A DNA stretch of 64,000 bases from contig JANXAW010000027.1 in the NCBI GenBank assembly GCA_025061985.1, forward strand, positions 4,499 to 68,498. The letters are read 5' to 3'. Position numbers and translations under genes: made by a program. The DNA comes from Fimbriimonadales bacterium. GTDB lineage: Bacteria; Armatimonadota; Fimbriimonadia; Fimbriimonadales; GBS-DC. Within the stretch, counting starts at the first letter, position 1; each line of letters opens with the position of its first letter. The notes under the pieces are model-generated. The model was not told the origin of the DNA, ran no database searches, and saw only the letters and a program-made list of their open reading frames with translations. Positions 24,098-32,909 of this stretch are shown in pieces.

Positions 24098-24715
24098 CTA
24101 AGAAGCGTTGTTAGTGCGTCGCAGCAGCAAGGTTGCCGTCAACACGCCTGTTGCAAAGGCAGCCGCACCAAATAGGAAGCCGCTAAGCGCCAGTTGCGCG
24201 ATACCGCTGAGCATATGCCCCGAGGTACAACCACCTGCGAGGCGTGCTCCAAACAGGATCAAAAACCCGCCGACAAACGCTGCTAATCCGCGTGCCCAAC
24301 TGCTGCGAAACAGGTTCGGGATATCGCATGCGGGCGTGCTGCGCCCCCCTGGAAGGAGGCTCGATAAAAACGCCCCTAACACCATCCCTGTAATCAGCAT
24401 CACTTCCCAACCGATTTTGGCGCCGATTTTTTGCAGGTACGGCTGGGATTCGGCAAATCCAGGCACGATTTTGTCTACCAGCCAGCCTACAAGCTGCGGG
24501 TAAGCAGTGGAAACCCCCAGCGGCTGCACCGTTGCAATGGCGAAGATTTGTGCCAAACCTATCAGTCCACCCCACACCAGCCACGACGGCACCAATAGGC
24601 GGGAGACCCTTTGTGCCTTGGGTAGGGTAGACGCTTGAGCCTTCGCTTGCTCCGTTATCATCCCTGTGGATACCTCCCAAAGCATAAGAGGCGCAGTCGC
24701 ACCGAAACGATTCAT
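24098..24715 (-). CDS. YeeE/YedE-family sulfur-compound transporter half-protein
   Basis: Polytopic, with the conserved ARLAGGCTSGHMLSGIAQL motif. It is adjacent to its partner half. Confidence 0.75.
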   Translation of the reverse strand: MNRFGATAPLMLWEVSTGMITEQAKAQASTLPKAQRVSRLLVPSWLVWGGLIGLAQIFAIATVQPLGVSTAYPQLVGWLVDKIVPGFAESQPYLQKIGAKIGWEVMLITGMVLGAFLSSLLPGGRSTPACDIPNLFRSSWARGLAAFVGGFLILFGARLAGGCTSGHMLSGIAQLALSGFLFGAAAFATGVLTATLLLRRTNNAS

Positions 24716-24766
24716 CCCCTCACAAAGTCAGTAGGGCATGGTGTATAATACACGCGGAGGTGCCTG

Positions 24767-25669
24767 ATGAATCAGCAACGACGAGGGTTCACCCTGATTG
24801 AGCTGTTAGTGGTTATCGCGATCATTGCGATTCTGGCGGCGATCCTGTTCCCCGTGTTTTCCCAGGCACGCGAGAAGGGGCGCCAATCGATGTGCCTTTC
24901 GAACCTACGCCAAAACATCCAGTCAGTGCTGATGTACACGGGCGACTACGACGAGTTCTACCCGCGTGGGATTAGTGGCGAAGGCACGCTGATTGTGCAC
25001 TTGTTTGACCTGCTGCATCCGTACCGCAAGAGTGCGGGGATCTTGACTTGCCCGTCTTACCCGAATGCGGAAGGGGGAATGGATTGGCCAGGTCGGTTGC
25101 GCGCTCGCAATGCTTCAAATCGGAGTGTGGGTACCTTCCGCTACTTCGCTTTTGTGCCGAACTACGGTGTGTTCAGCTTGAACACGTGTCGGATCTCTAC
25201 GATTGGATACCGTAGGGAAGGCAAATTGATTTCCGAGGCATACGTGCCGCGTCCTGCTGACACGATCGCCCTGGTGGACGGCTATTGGTACTACAACGCG
25301 GGTACGTATTGGTTTGAGTATTGGTTCAAAATCGACGTCTGGCCACGCCATCATCTGGGCAGCAACATAGCGTATTTAGACGGGCATGTGAAGTGGGCAC
25401 ACCATTTGGGTATCCCGCGTGGGGGCGAGATCCCGCCTGCGTGGCGCCAGAGCTTCCCGGGGGTATGTGTCCAGCGCAACACAACCGCTTATTACTTCTT
25501 CGACTATCCCCCAGGCTGGAGGGGGCGCGTCCCACGAAGCGAGGGTGAGTTCAATACAGTCGACCCGCATGGTCAATGCTTTGGTGATTTCTTCGGTATC
25601 CCTGATACGCCCGTCGTGAACGTGTGCGAGCGTGCTTGCGGCTCTACAACCGTGCCCATTTGCTGGTAA
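24767..25669 (+). CDS. prepilin-type N-terminal cleavage/methylation protein with a DUF1559-like H-X9-DG tail
   Basis: [26 protein letters not shown], then CLSNLRQN and a late [17 protein letters not shown] lies at 24744-24749 and GGAGG at 24756-24760 upstream. Confidence 0.85.
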   Translation: MNQQRRGFTLIELLVVIAIIAILAAILFPVFSQAREKGRQSMCLSNLRQNIQSVLMYTGDYDEFYPRGISGEGTLIVHLFDLLHPYRKSAGILTCPSYPNAEGGMDWPGRLRARNASNRSVGTFRYFAFVPNYGVFSLNTCRISTIGYRREGKLISEAYVPRPADTIALVDGYWYYNAGTYWFEYWFKIDVWPRHHLGSNIAYLDGHVKWAHHLGIPRGGEIPPAWRQSFPGVCVQRNTTAYYFFDYPPGWRGRVPRSEGEFNTVDPHGQCFGDFFGIPDTPVVNVCERACGSTTVPICW

Positions 25670-25790
25670 GCGGGGCATATGTGTTCGCGTATGCGAGTAA
25701 GGCAGCGGCAAGAATGCCGTTGTAGTTGAGCCTGGGTATAATAGAGGCGCAGTGTAAACTGCGCTCAATTTCTAAGCCAGGAGGGTCTAA

Positions 25791-26315
25791 ATGATGCACA
25801 AGGGAATGCTTTATGTGGCTACAGTGGTGGCGGCGAGCCTACTCGCGCTAATTACGCCTACCCCCGCCCAAGAAACGGCTCAAACAGGCATAACCCTCAG
25901 CATTGGGGCGTTTTTCCCAAGCGAGAAGGATGTCCGCCGTGCCTCGGAAGACGCTTGGTTTAGCGTTGAACTGGACTACAGGCTGCAAACCAGCGAACCA
26001 AATGAGCGTGGCTACTACTACGATTTGGGCGTTTCCGTCGGCTACCGCGGCAGCGGAGATAACTATTACATCCCTGTTCACGCTACCTTCACGGGCTACC
26101 TCAGCGAGCAGTTCTTTTACCGCGCAGGTGCGGGCATAGGCTTTCCGAAGCAGGGTCGCGTCTTTACTGCGGATGATGCCTCGTTTTCCTACTCGATCGA
26201 GTTAGGTTACAACTTCACCGCTGGCGAGACGCCGATCGCGCTTACTGTAGGCTATGCAGGCATCGCGCGCAATAGCGTGAACGGCTTCACTGTGGGCATC
26301 TCCGCACGTTTCTAA
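25791..26315 (+). CDS. small outer-membrane beta-barrel protein (OMP_b-brl/OmpW-like)
   Basis: It has a signal peptide ending PAQE and alternating aromatic/hydrophobic strands. The C-terminus is GFTVGISARF, with terminal Phe. Confidence 0.55.
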   Translation: MMHKGMLYVATVVAASLLALITPTPAQETAQTGITLSIGAFFPSEKDVRRASEDAWFSVELDYRLQTSEPNERGYYYDLGVSVGYRGSGDNYYIPVHATFTGYLSEQFFYRAGAGIGFPKQGRVFTADDASFSYSIELGYNFTAGETPIALTVGYAGIARNSVNGFTVGISARF

Positions 26316-26344
26316 ACCATCGGTAGCTCAGCACGCAGAAAAAA

Positions 26345-26381
26345 ATCCCCCTGCCGGCTAAGCGAGGCAGGGGGATTTTTC
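26345..26381. terminator. bidirectional rho-independent terminator
   Basis: AAAAA, then ATCCCCCTGCC / GGCTAAGCGA / GGCAGGGGGAT (an 11-bp perfect stem), then TTTT. Confidence 0.8.
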
Positions 26382-26485
26382 TACAGGAAGGAAGGCACTC
26401 TCCACAAGGGTAAGACTCTCGAAGTGGCAGGAAACGGACATCCTGCTTTGAAGCCCTGAATTCTTTCCAGCGTCTAATCGGCGGG

Positions 26486-27091
26486 ATGAAGGGGCAACGC
26501 GGTTTTTCAGTAGGGGAGTGCCTGAGTGTGGTTGCAATCATCGCGCTTCTTGCAGCGTTGATGTTTCCTGCTGTTGGGCTTGCGCGGCGAGCTGCCCAGC
26601 GCACGGTATGCATTTCGCAGCTGCGTCAAGTAGGGCTAGCCATTCGGCTGTACCGAGAAGACTATCAAGAACTTCCTCCCTACTTGTCAGCGGTTCGGAT
26701 TTACGTGAGTGATCCGCGCGTGTTTGTATGTCCTACTGACCCGTTGGAAGGCAAACACGCGGTTCAAGACACTTTGGGCGACTCGTTGCGCTTAGAGGGC
26801 AACTTCTACCTGCCTACGGGCGTGAGCTACACCTATGTCCCAAACTGGGGGATCGCGCGAATGCTGGGTTGGTGGCAGCCTGGACCCCCTTACGGGGAAG
26901 GGAAGTGGGGTGAGCTAACCCCCCTTTCGGAGTGCCATTGGCATTGGGCGCGCTACTTCAATCCGCGCTGGCAGACCGATCGCATCACAGGTGCCCGAGG
27001 GTGGGTACTGGTTTTGACGCTAAGTGGCGCGGTGCGTCGTGTGCGCGCTGAACTTCCCCCAGAAGCGTTCAGCCCTGAACACTACTACTAA
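26486..27091 (+). CDS. divergent prepilin-like protein
   Basis: The N-terminus MKGQRGFSVGECLSVVAIIALLAALMFPAV keeps the G/F cleavage context, Glu+5 and the hydrophobic helix. It continues CISQLRQVG, as in the DUF1559-like paralogs, but the H-X9-DG tail is not evident. Confidence 0.6.
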   Translation: MKGQRGFSVGECLSVVAIIALLAALMFPAVGLARRAAQRTVCISQLRQVGLAIRLYREDYQELPPYLSAVRIYVSDPRVFVCPTDPLEGKHAVQDTLGDSLRLEGNFYLPTGVSYTYVPNWGIARMLGWWQPGPPYGEGKWGELTPLSECHWHWARYFNPRWQTDRITGARGWVLVLTLSGAVRRVRAELPPEAFSPEHYY

Positions 27092-27115
27092 CCCATAGGC
27101 GGGAAGGGCGTTGGG

Positions 27116-27121
27116 TATAAT
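27116..27121 (+). promoter_or_regulatory. -10 element for the tRNA-Arg gene
   Basis: GGGTATAAT lies 14 nt before the mature tRNA 5' end. Confidence 0.4.
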
Positions 27122-27135
27122 TCTACGCACCTCGC

Positions 27136-27207
27136 GCCCCCGTAGCTCAGTGGATAGAGCGCAGGCCTCCGGAGCCTGGTGCGCAGGTTCGATTCCTGCC
27201 GGGGGCG
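27136..27207 (+). tRNA. tRNA-Arg (anticodon CCG)
   Basis: The cloverleaf was folded by hand. Acceptor GCCCCCG/CGGGGGC, D arm GCTC-AGTGGATA-GAGC, anticodon arm CAGGC-CTCCGGA-GCCTG, T arm GCAGG-TTCGATT-CCTGC, discriminator G. CCA is not encoded. Confidence 0.9.
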
Positions 27208-27276
27208 CATAGCTGATTTAACGCCCCTGTTGTTGGGAGCATCATTTACGAAATCCAAATTCTCCGACGCGCGCTT

Positions 27277-27588
27277 ATGATGGGCATTTCCATTCGCGAC
27301 CCAAACGCCCCTGCAGAAACCATACCCGTTTTTTGGCTTGCTGACAAAGGAGCCTTGCTGTTTTGGATATCGGGCATTCGCGATGCCTATTGCCATCTTG
27401 CAGTGATGGCACAGCTCAAATCGCAGCCTCCGCGAACCATTTCGCCAGCAGAACTGCTTCGGATGCCGCATGAGATTTCGCTTGAAGAGACCCTCATCTT
27501 TGGGGAGCCTTATTCCACTTGCGACGAAATCATTGTGCCGTTTGCGCTGGAGGACTTGGATGAGGTGTGCGCGCGTTTTGATCGCTGA
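27277..27588 (+). CDS. hypothetical 103-aa protein (weak call)
   Basis: This is the only sizeable ORF in a 441-bp gap that looks more AT-rich than its surroundings. It has no SD and no recognisable motif. Confidence 0.25.
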   Translation: MMGISIRDPNAPAETIPVFWLADKGALLFWISGIRDAYCHLAVMAQLKSQPPRTISPAELLRMPHEISLEETLIFGEPYSTCDEIIVPFALEDLDEVCARFDR

Positions 27589-27648
27589 CCCTGTCCCTGC
27601 GCCCATGATTGGAGGGGGAATCAGGTGGGTATTCCTTCCACAGGCATC

Positions 27649-28302
27649 TTACCGTCGCGCTGCAACCAAGCTGCGCCGGTAGGTGGGATGGCTCAGATGG
27701 TCAATATACACCCCGCCGCGCGAGCGGACGCTGTGGATGAAGTAGCCATCACCGATGTATAACCCTGTATGGTCAATCTCTTTGCCCTTGATGGCGAAGT
27801 AGAGGCGGTCGCCAGGGCGCAAGTCTTCGATTCGAGTAATGGGGATGCCGACTTTGGCTTGGTCGCGGGCGCGGCGAGGCAAGCGGATGCCCATCTGGGC
27901 ATAAATCAACTGCACAAAGCCAGAGCAGTCCAGCCCCGAGCGTGGGTCATTACCACCCCACCGATAGCGTACCCCCAAGTAGCGCATTGCCAAGCGCGTC
28001 ACATGCGCAGGGTCTGCCCCTCGTGGCAAGGTGTAAACCACATCGTAGGGCGTGGGCTTGAGTACCGCGCGCGGTACCCACCCCACTCCACCGTTGCTCA
28101 TCAGCACCGCACACCACGCGCCCCTCTGTTGGGTCATGATAAGGTAGAAGCGCGCCTGCACTTGTGGATAGAGAATGGGGCTGTAGCGATGCGGCTGCGC
28201 GTAGATGGGCGTGGGGCGCACTGTTTCCACTAACCGCCCGACCCGGTAGCGCACATAGGCTAATCCCTGCTCTGCTTTGCCCCAAGCGCCTCGGAATGGC
28301 AT
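27649..28302 (-). CDS. NlpC/P60 (C40) cell-wall peptidase with an N-terminal SH3b-like domain
   Basis: LDCSGFVQLIYAQMG (catalytic Cys) and IDHTGLYIGDGYFIHS (His). The start chosen at ATG 28302 is 1 nt after the gmk stop. The track ORF extends to 28335. Confidence 0.8.
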   Translation of the reverse strand: MPFRGAWGKAEQGLAYVRYRVGRLVETVRPTPIYAQPHRYSPILYPQVQARFYLIMTQQRGAWCAVLMSNGGVGWVPRAVLKPTPYDVVYTLPRGADPAHVTRLAMRYLGVRYRWGGNDPRSGLDCSGFVQLIYAQMGIRLPRRARDQAKVGIPITRIEDLRPGDRLYFAIKGKEIDHTGLYIGDGYFIHSVRSRGGVYIDHLSHPTYRRSLVAARR

Positions 28303-28303
28303 C

Positions 28304-28978
28304 TTACTCGTGCCCCTCCGCTGGTGGCAACGCAAGATTGCGCACGCGATGACGCTCTGCTATCAAGATGCATCGCAGCGTTTCTAAAGCGCGATTGAGG
28401 TCGTCGTTGACGACAAGGTAGTCGTACTGTGGGATGTATTTCATTTCCTCAAGGGCGTTCTGCAAGCGCACGCGGATAGCTTCCTCGTCATCGCGTCCGC
28501 GCCGCCGCAGGCGTTGTTCCAGCTCCTCCAGCGAAGGAGGCGCTACGAAGATGAGAATCGCCTCAGGGTACTTTTGGCGTACTTGCATCGCGCCTTGCAC
28601 GTCAATGCGCAGCACCACATCACGCCCGGCGTTGCGCAGCTCTTCCATTTCAAGGCGTGGCGTGCCGTACCAGTTGCCGTGTACTTCGGCGCATTCAATG
28701 AAAGCGCCTTGCTCGCGCAGGGCGTGAAACTCTTCTTCAGTCACGAAGTAGTAATCCAGCCCGTGGCGTTCGTGGAGGGCTTGGCGACGCGTCGTGTAGG
28801 TGACTACGCGGCGTAGGTTAGGCGCGACCAGCTGCCATTGCTCAATCAGTGTGTCCTTCCCTACGCCTGCAGGTCCAGAAAGCACGATTAGCAATCCGCG
28901 CGGGGGCGCTCCAGGTTTCGCAAAGCCAGTCAACTGGTGCCACCTCCTCTGCTTGGATGTGCGCTGCTCCCTTGCCAA
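28304..28978 (-). CDS. gmk: guanylate kinase
   Basis: P-loop LSGPAGVGKDT, then YTTRRQALHERHGLDYYFV. An internal TTG preceded by GAGGAGG may be the real start. Confidence 0.85.
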   Translation of the reverse strand: MAREQRTSKQRRWHQLTGFAKPGAPPRGLLIVLSGPAGVGKDTLIEQWQLVAPNLRRVVTYTTRRQALHERHGLDYYFVTEEEFHALREQGAFIECAEVHGNWYGTPRLEMEELRNAGRDVVLRIDVQGAMQVRQKYPEAILIFVAPPSLEELEQRLRRRGRDDEEAIRVRLQNALEEMKYIPQYDYLVVNDDLNRALETLRCILIAERHRVRNLALPPAEGHE

Positions 28979-29140
28979 CTGCGCGTGCTACCACTTGCCA
29001 ACCCGCTTGCACTGCGGTGCCTCAACCTACACCGCCTGAATTATCGGCACCCAAATCGTCTTCGTCAGAGGGCGCACGGTAGGTATACGCAACGCCGAAC
29101 GCGATTCCTGCTAATCACCTATGCGTTTGCCCTCAAGCGC

Positions 29141-31060
29141 TTACTCCAACCATACGAGAGCCACATGCTGAGGAAGCGCCTCAAGATGCACGCGCACGCT
29201 GTTTGAGCGAGTATTGCGCAGGCGGATGGGCGTATGTGTACCATTAGGCTGGGACAGGGTTGCACGCCGCACTCGCAACCATCGCGGCAGGTAGAGTGCG
29301 ACCTCTATTCCGTGCTGAGGGCGGAAGCGATAGCCTTGGGAATGCATCTCGTAGTCTAAGTTGGTTAGCCACAGGGCAGCCGTGTGCTCTCCCACCAGCA
29401 GAGCGACATCTAAGCGGCGTGGGTTGCTTGCGCTCAGCAGGCGCGCCCCACTTGGGCACCACTCCATCCGCAGCAACGCGCTGCCAAACATTTGAAGCAA
29501 TCGGTTTAGACGCGCTTGTTCCTCAAGCGCCTCCTGCCACTGCTGTTCCGCTTGTTCCACTCGTGCGATACGCTCTGCTTCTGGCAACGCGCGCAAGGCA
29601 CGGGCTGACCCCGCTTCAAGGAAACGACGGCGAGGCTCGTTTGCATTTGAGCCAACGATCCACAACACCCCTTTCGCACCTCGGCTTAGCTGGAGCCAGA
29701 GCCGAACGCGGATTTCTTCGGGGGTGAGATAGACGCGCTGAGGCACCCCCTCTGTCCAAACGCGCTCATCCAGTGGGTAAGTGCAGGATACCACTGCCCA
29801 AAACGGTATCGGCTCACTATGGGAGCGCAAATGCTCGACCGCCGTTCTCAGTTGTTCCAACGGGCTTCCCATCCGATATCGTGCGAGGTTCAACTCGCTC
29901 TCCGCTTCTCGCAGTGCGTCGTAGCCCACGATATCAGCGGTTTCGGCAAGCGCGCCGGAATCACGCAGGCGCGTAAGGTGCAAGTAAATGGACGGCATGC
30001 CCTCCCGATCGCGAATAAATTTCGCCACGCGCTCGTACAGCGCAGGGAGGTGCCAGTGGCTGAAAGGCGCGAGCGCGTTCGGGTCGGGCGTGTCTTCAAG
30101 CACATACGCAAGGAGATGGGGGTTATGACGGTGTCGCTCGAGGAAAGGCGTGGCTGGACGCGGGAAACCCACGCGCGCTATCGCGTAAACACCTTCACGC
30201 GGACAAACCTCGCTGAAGACGCGCTGCTCGACTGCGGTCGGTTCAGCAGTGGCGTCAAACATAAAGGCGGTAAAACCGCGCTCGCGCCACGCCTGACGCT
30301 CGGCGTCGTTATCCCAAACACGCACGCCCCACACGCCTGAGGGGAAGTGGCGTGAGGTGGGGCGCACCACACCGCCCAACATCCATACCTGCTCGCCAAC
30401 CTGCACGTCCACTTGCAACGGCAAGCTGCGAATAGGTTCCGACAAGCGTGGGAGAGTAGCCATCAGGAAGGTCAACCCACCAGGCTCAGCGAATGAGGCA
30501 AGCGTGCGAAACCGAATCGGGCGCCCATCCACGCGCAGTCGCAGGGGCTGAGCAGGCTGTTGCCCATCGTTGCGCACCACCACTGTCAGTCTGCGCCCTT
30601 CCAGCCACGCACAGGCGATAACAACGGGGCTGATGCGTGGTTCTAACATCGTGCGCGCTTCCGTGCCATCGCTCAAGAACACGGCAAGCTCAATCGGCGC
30701 GCGCTTCAGCAGTTCGGGCTGAAGGTTCAAAATCAGCATCGCTGTTGTGCGCGGCGGGATCAGCTCGTGCGTAAGGCGATACCAATTCAGCCCTTTGCCA
30801 CGCGGGATCGACTCCACATCGCGCCCGTTTATCTGGATGGAACTCACCGAGCGATGCGCTCGCGCAGCGTTGTGCAGGTACACCCAAAATGTGCCGCCCG
30901 ACGGCTCTGCCCCTGAGCGCCGAGTGCCTGAGCGATGAGGGCGATACCAGTACTCCAGCCGCATCAGAGTGAGATTGTACCTGAGCGCTTCGGGGTGGTA
31001 TACTTTTGCGGAGGTTATTGCAACGAATGTTAGACCCAGCCGTTCGCACGGAACGCGCAC
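29141..31060 (-). CDS. large hypothetical protein (beta-sandwich plus possible TIM-barrel-like region)
   Basis: The 639-aa ORF shows coding-like composition but no motif I recognise. The start may be Met33 (30964), because the first 55 nt overlap the divergent radical SAM gene. Confidence 0.6.
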   Translation of the reverse strand: MRVPCERLGLTFVAITSAKVYHPEALRYNLTLMRLEYWYRPHRSGTRRSGAEPSGGTFWVYLHNAARAHRSVSSIQINGRDVESIPRGKGLNWYRLTHELIPPRTTAMLILNLQPELLKRAPIELAVFLSDGTEARTMLEPRISPVVIACAWLEGRRLTVVVRNDGQQPAQPLRLRVDGRPIRFRTLASFAEPGGLTFLMATLPRLSEPIRSLPLQVDVQVGEQVWMLGGVVRPTSRHFPSGVWGVRVWDNDAERQAWRERGFTAFMFDATAEPTAVEQRVFSEVCPREGVYAIARVGFPRPATPFLERHRHNPHLLAYVLEDTPDPNALAPFSHWHLPALYERVAKFIRDREGMPSIYLHLTRLRDSGALAETADIVGYDALREAESELNLARYRMGSPLEQLRTAVEHLRSHSEPIPFWAVVSCTYPLDERVWTEGVPQRVYLTPEEIRVRLWLQLSRGAKGVLWIVGSNANEPRRRFLEAGSARALRALPEAERIARVEQAEQQWQEALEEQARLNRLLQMFGSALLRMEWCPSGARLLSASNPRRLDVALLVGEHTAALWLTNLDYEMHSQGYRFRPQHGIEVALYLPRWLRVRRATLSQPNGTHTPIRLRNTRSNSVRVHLEALPQHVALVWLE

Positions 31061-32121
31061 AGTTTGAGCGAATTGCAGAAAAGGTGCTTGCAGGCGAACG
31101 CCTGAGCTTTGAAGACGGCGTAGCGCTCTTTCGCTACCCCAACCTTACGGAGCTGGGCGCATTGGCGCACTATGTGCGGATGCGCAAAAACCCCCACCCC
31201 TACGTAACCTATGTCATCGGGCGGATTATCAACTACACGAATGTGTGCTGGGTGCGCTGTCGGTTCTGCGCCTTCTATCGCCCTCCTAACCATAGTGAAG
31301 GCTACCTGCTAAGCGATGAGCAAATCTTGCAAAAGATCGACGAGTTGGTGCGTCAGGGCGGGGTGGAAGTGCTTATCCAAGGCGGCTTGAACCCCAAGCT
31401 CAAGATTGACTACTTTGAGCGGCTGTTTCGGCTTATCAAGCAGCACTACCCGCAGGTGATTATTCACGGGCTATCGCCCACAGAGATTATGTACATTGCG
31501 CACATTTCACGGCTTAGCGTGCGTGAGGCGCTCCTACGCCTCAAGGAGGCAGGGCTGAACTCCGTGCCGGGTGCGGGGGGCGAGATTTTAGTGGATCGGG
31601 TGCGTCAACAGATTGCGCCGTTCAAAGACACCGCCCAAGAATGGCTTGACTTTATGCGCGAAGCGCACCGAGTGGGGCTGCGCACTTCCGCCAGCATGAT
31701 GTATGGGCACGTGGAGACGATTGAAGACCGCGTAGAGCACCTGATTCGCCTGCGCGAAGTGCAAGATGAGACGGGCGGGTTTACGGCGTTCATCTGCTGG
31801 AACTTCCAGCCAGAGGGCACCGAGCTACACTACATCCCGAAAGCGACCGCTGTGGACTATTTGCGCACGGTGGCAGTGGCGCGCCTGATGCTGGACAACT
31901 TTGACCATCTGCAAGCCAGCATCCTTACGCAAGGTCCGAAGGTGATTTCGGTGGCGCTCCGCTACGGTTTGGACGATATGGGGTCTACAATGATTGAGGA
32001 AAATGTGGTCTCGGCGCAAGGCTCGAAGTTTATTCTGAGCGCGGCGGAGATTGAGCGCGTAATCCGCAGCGCGGGCTTTATCCCGAAGCGCCGCAACACG
32101 CGCTACGAGATTTTAGACTGA
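31006..32121 (+). CDS. mqnC: radical SAM enzyme of the futalosine menaquinone pathway (MqnC-like; MqnE not excluded)
   Basis: INYTNVCWVRCRFCAFYR (CX3CX2C), LIQGGLNPKLKIDYF, MMYGHVETIEDRVEHL, ETGGFTAFICWNFQP and GSTMIEENVVSAQG. Confidence 0.65.
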   Translation: MRRLLQRMLDPAVRTERAQFERIAEKVLAGERLSFEDGVALFRYPNLTELGALAHYVRMRKNPHPYVTYVIGRIINYTNVCWVRCRFCAFYRPPNHSEGYLLSDEQILQKIDELVRQGGVEVLIQGGLNPKLKIDYFERLFRLIKQHYPQVIIHGLSPTEIMYIAHISRLSVREALLRLKEAGLNSVPGAGGEILVDRVRQQIAPFKDTAQEWLDFMREAHRVGLRTSASMMYGHVETIEDRVEHLIRLREVQDETGGFTAFICWNFQPEGTELHYIPKATAVDYLRTVAVARLMLDNFDHLQASILTQGPKVISVALRYGLDDMGSTMIEENVVSAQGSKFILSAAEIERVIRSAGFIPKRRNTRYEILD

Positions 32122-32327
32122 AGCCGAACGCACACCTCGCGTACGTACCCCTCCCTTCTGAGGGCTGGTGCAGTTTGAGAGTGAAGCATTGCCCTGTGGG
32201 ATGAAAGCAACTCGCTGATGCCGCAAGATGATGCATTAGCCATTCTTTCGGAGCCTTGGGAACGCCCTGCAATGTTCAATCCGAGCCAAGGGCTTTTGGG
32301 AAATCGATTCCTTAGCCACGCGAAAGG

Positions 32328-32333
32328 TATACT
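32328..32333 (+). promoter_or_regulatory. -10 element giving a near-leaderless feoB transcript
   Basis: AGGTATACT with only 9 nt between the hexamer and ATG 32343. There is no SD. Confidence 0.3.
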
Positions 32334-32342
32334 CTATAGAAA

Positions 32343-32909
32343 ATGGCGACTGAGACCAAGCGACAAGGGCGCGCGCAGAGGGGCACGCGCCGCAAGCCAA
32401 CGGTGCTGATTGCAGGCAACCCGAACGTGGGCAAAAGCATGCTCTTCCATAAGCTCACGGGGCGGTATGTTACGGTTTCTAACTACCCCGGCACTACTGT
32501 AGAGGTCTTGCGCGGGCAGATGCGTTGGCGCGGGCAGGAGTTCGAAGTTATAGACGCGCCCGGGATGTACTCTCTGATACCGATTACCGAGGAAGAGCGC
32601 GTTGCGCGACGCATCCTGCTTCACGATAAGCCTGATTTGGTGTTGCATGTGATTGACGCCAAAAACCTTGCGCGGATGTTGCCCCTAACGGCGCAGCTGA
32701 TAGAGATGGGGATTCCTGTCGTGGTGGTGCTGAACATGATGGACGAGTTGGAGCGGGCGGGGCTAAGCATTCAAGTGGAGGCGCTCCAACAGCAGTTGGG
32801 CGTGCCTGTGGTGCCAACCGTATGCCTTACTGGACAGGGGATCAATAACCTCAAGGAGCTAATCTATGAGCGACTTGCCGCCAACCCTGACTTATCCGCC
32901 CGCGATTGA
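32343..32909 (+). CDS. feoB: ferrous iron transporter FeoB, G-domain only
   Basis: G1 GNPNVGKS, G2 YPGTTV, G3 DAPG, G4 NMMD. It stops just after the end of the GTPase domain. Confidence 0.8.
   Translation: MATETKRQGRAQRGTRRKPTVLIAGNPNVGKSMLFHKLTGRYVTVSNYPGTTVEVLRGQMRWRGQEFEVIDAPGMYSLIPITEEERVARRILLHDKPDLVLHVIDAKNLARMLPLTAQLIEMGIPVVVVLNMMDELERAGLSIQVEALQQQLGVPVVPTVCLTGQGINNLKELIYERLAANPDLSARD

Noticed and set aside
27088-27606. 172-aa minus-strand ORF
   Set aside because: It runs straight through the tRNA-Arg gene and its promoter. It has no SD and no motif.
27136-27650. Integrated mobile element at tRNA-Arg
   Set aside because: No integrase, transposase or direct repeat of the tRNA 3' half could be found within the following 500 bp. 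Only the unusual gap is reported.
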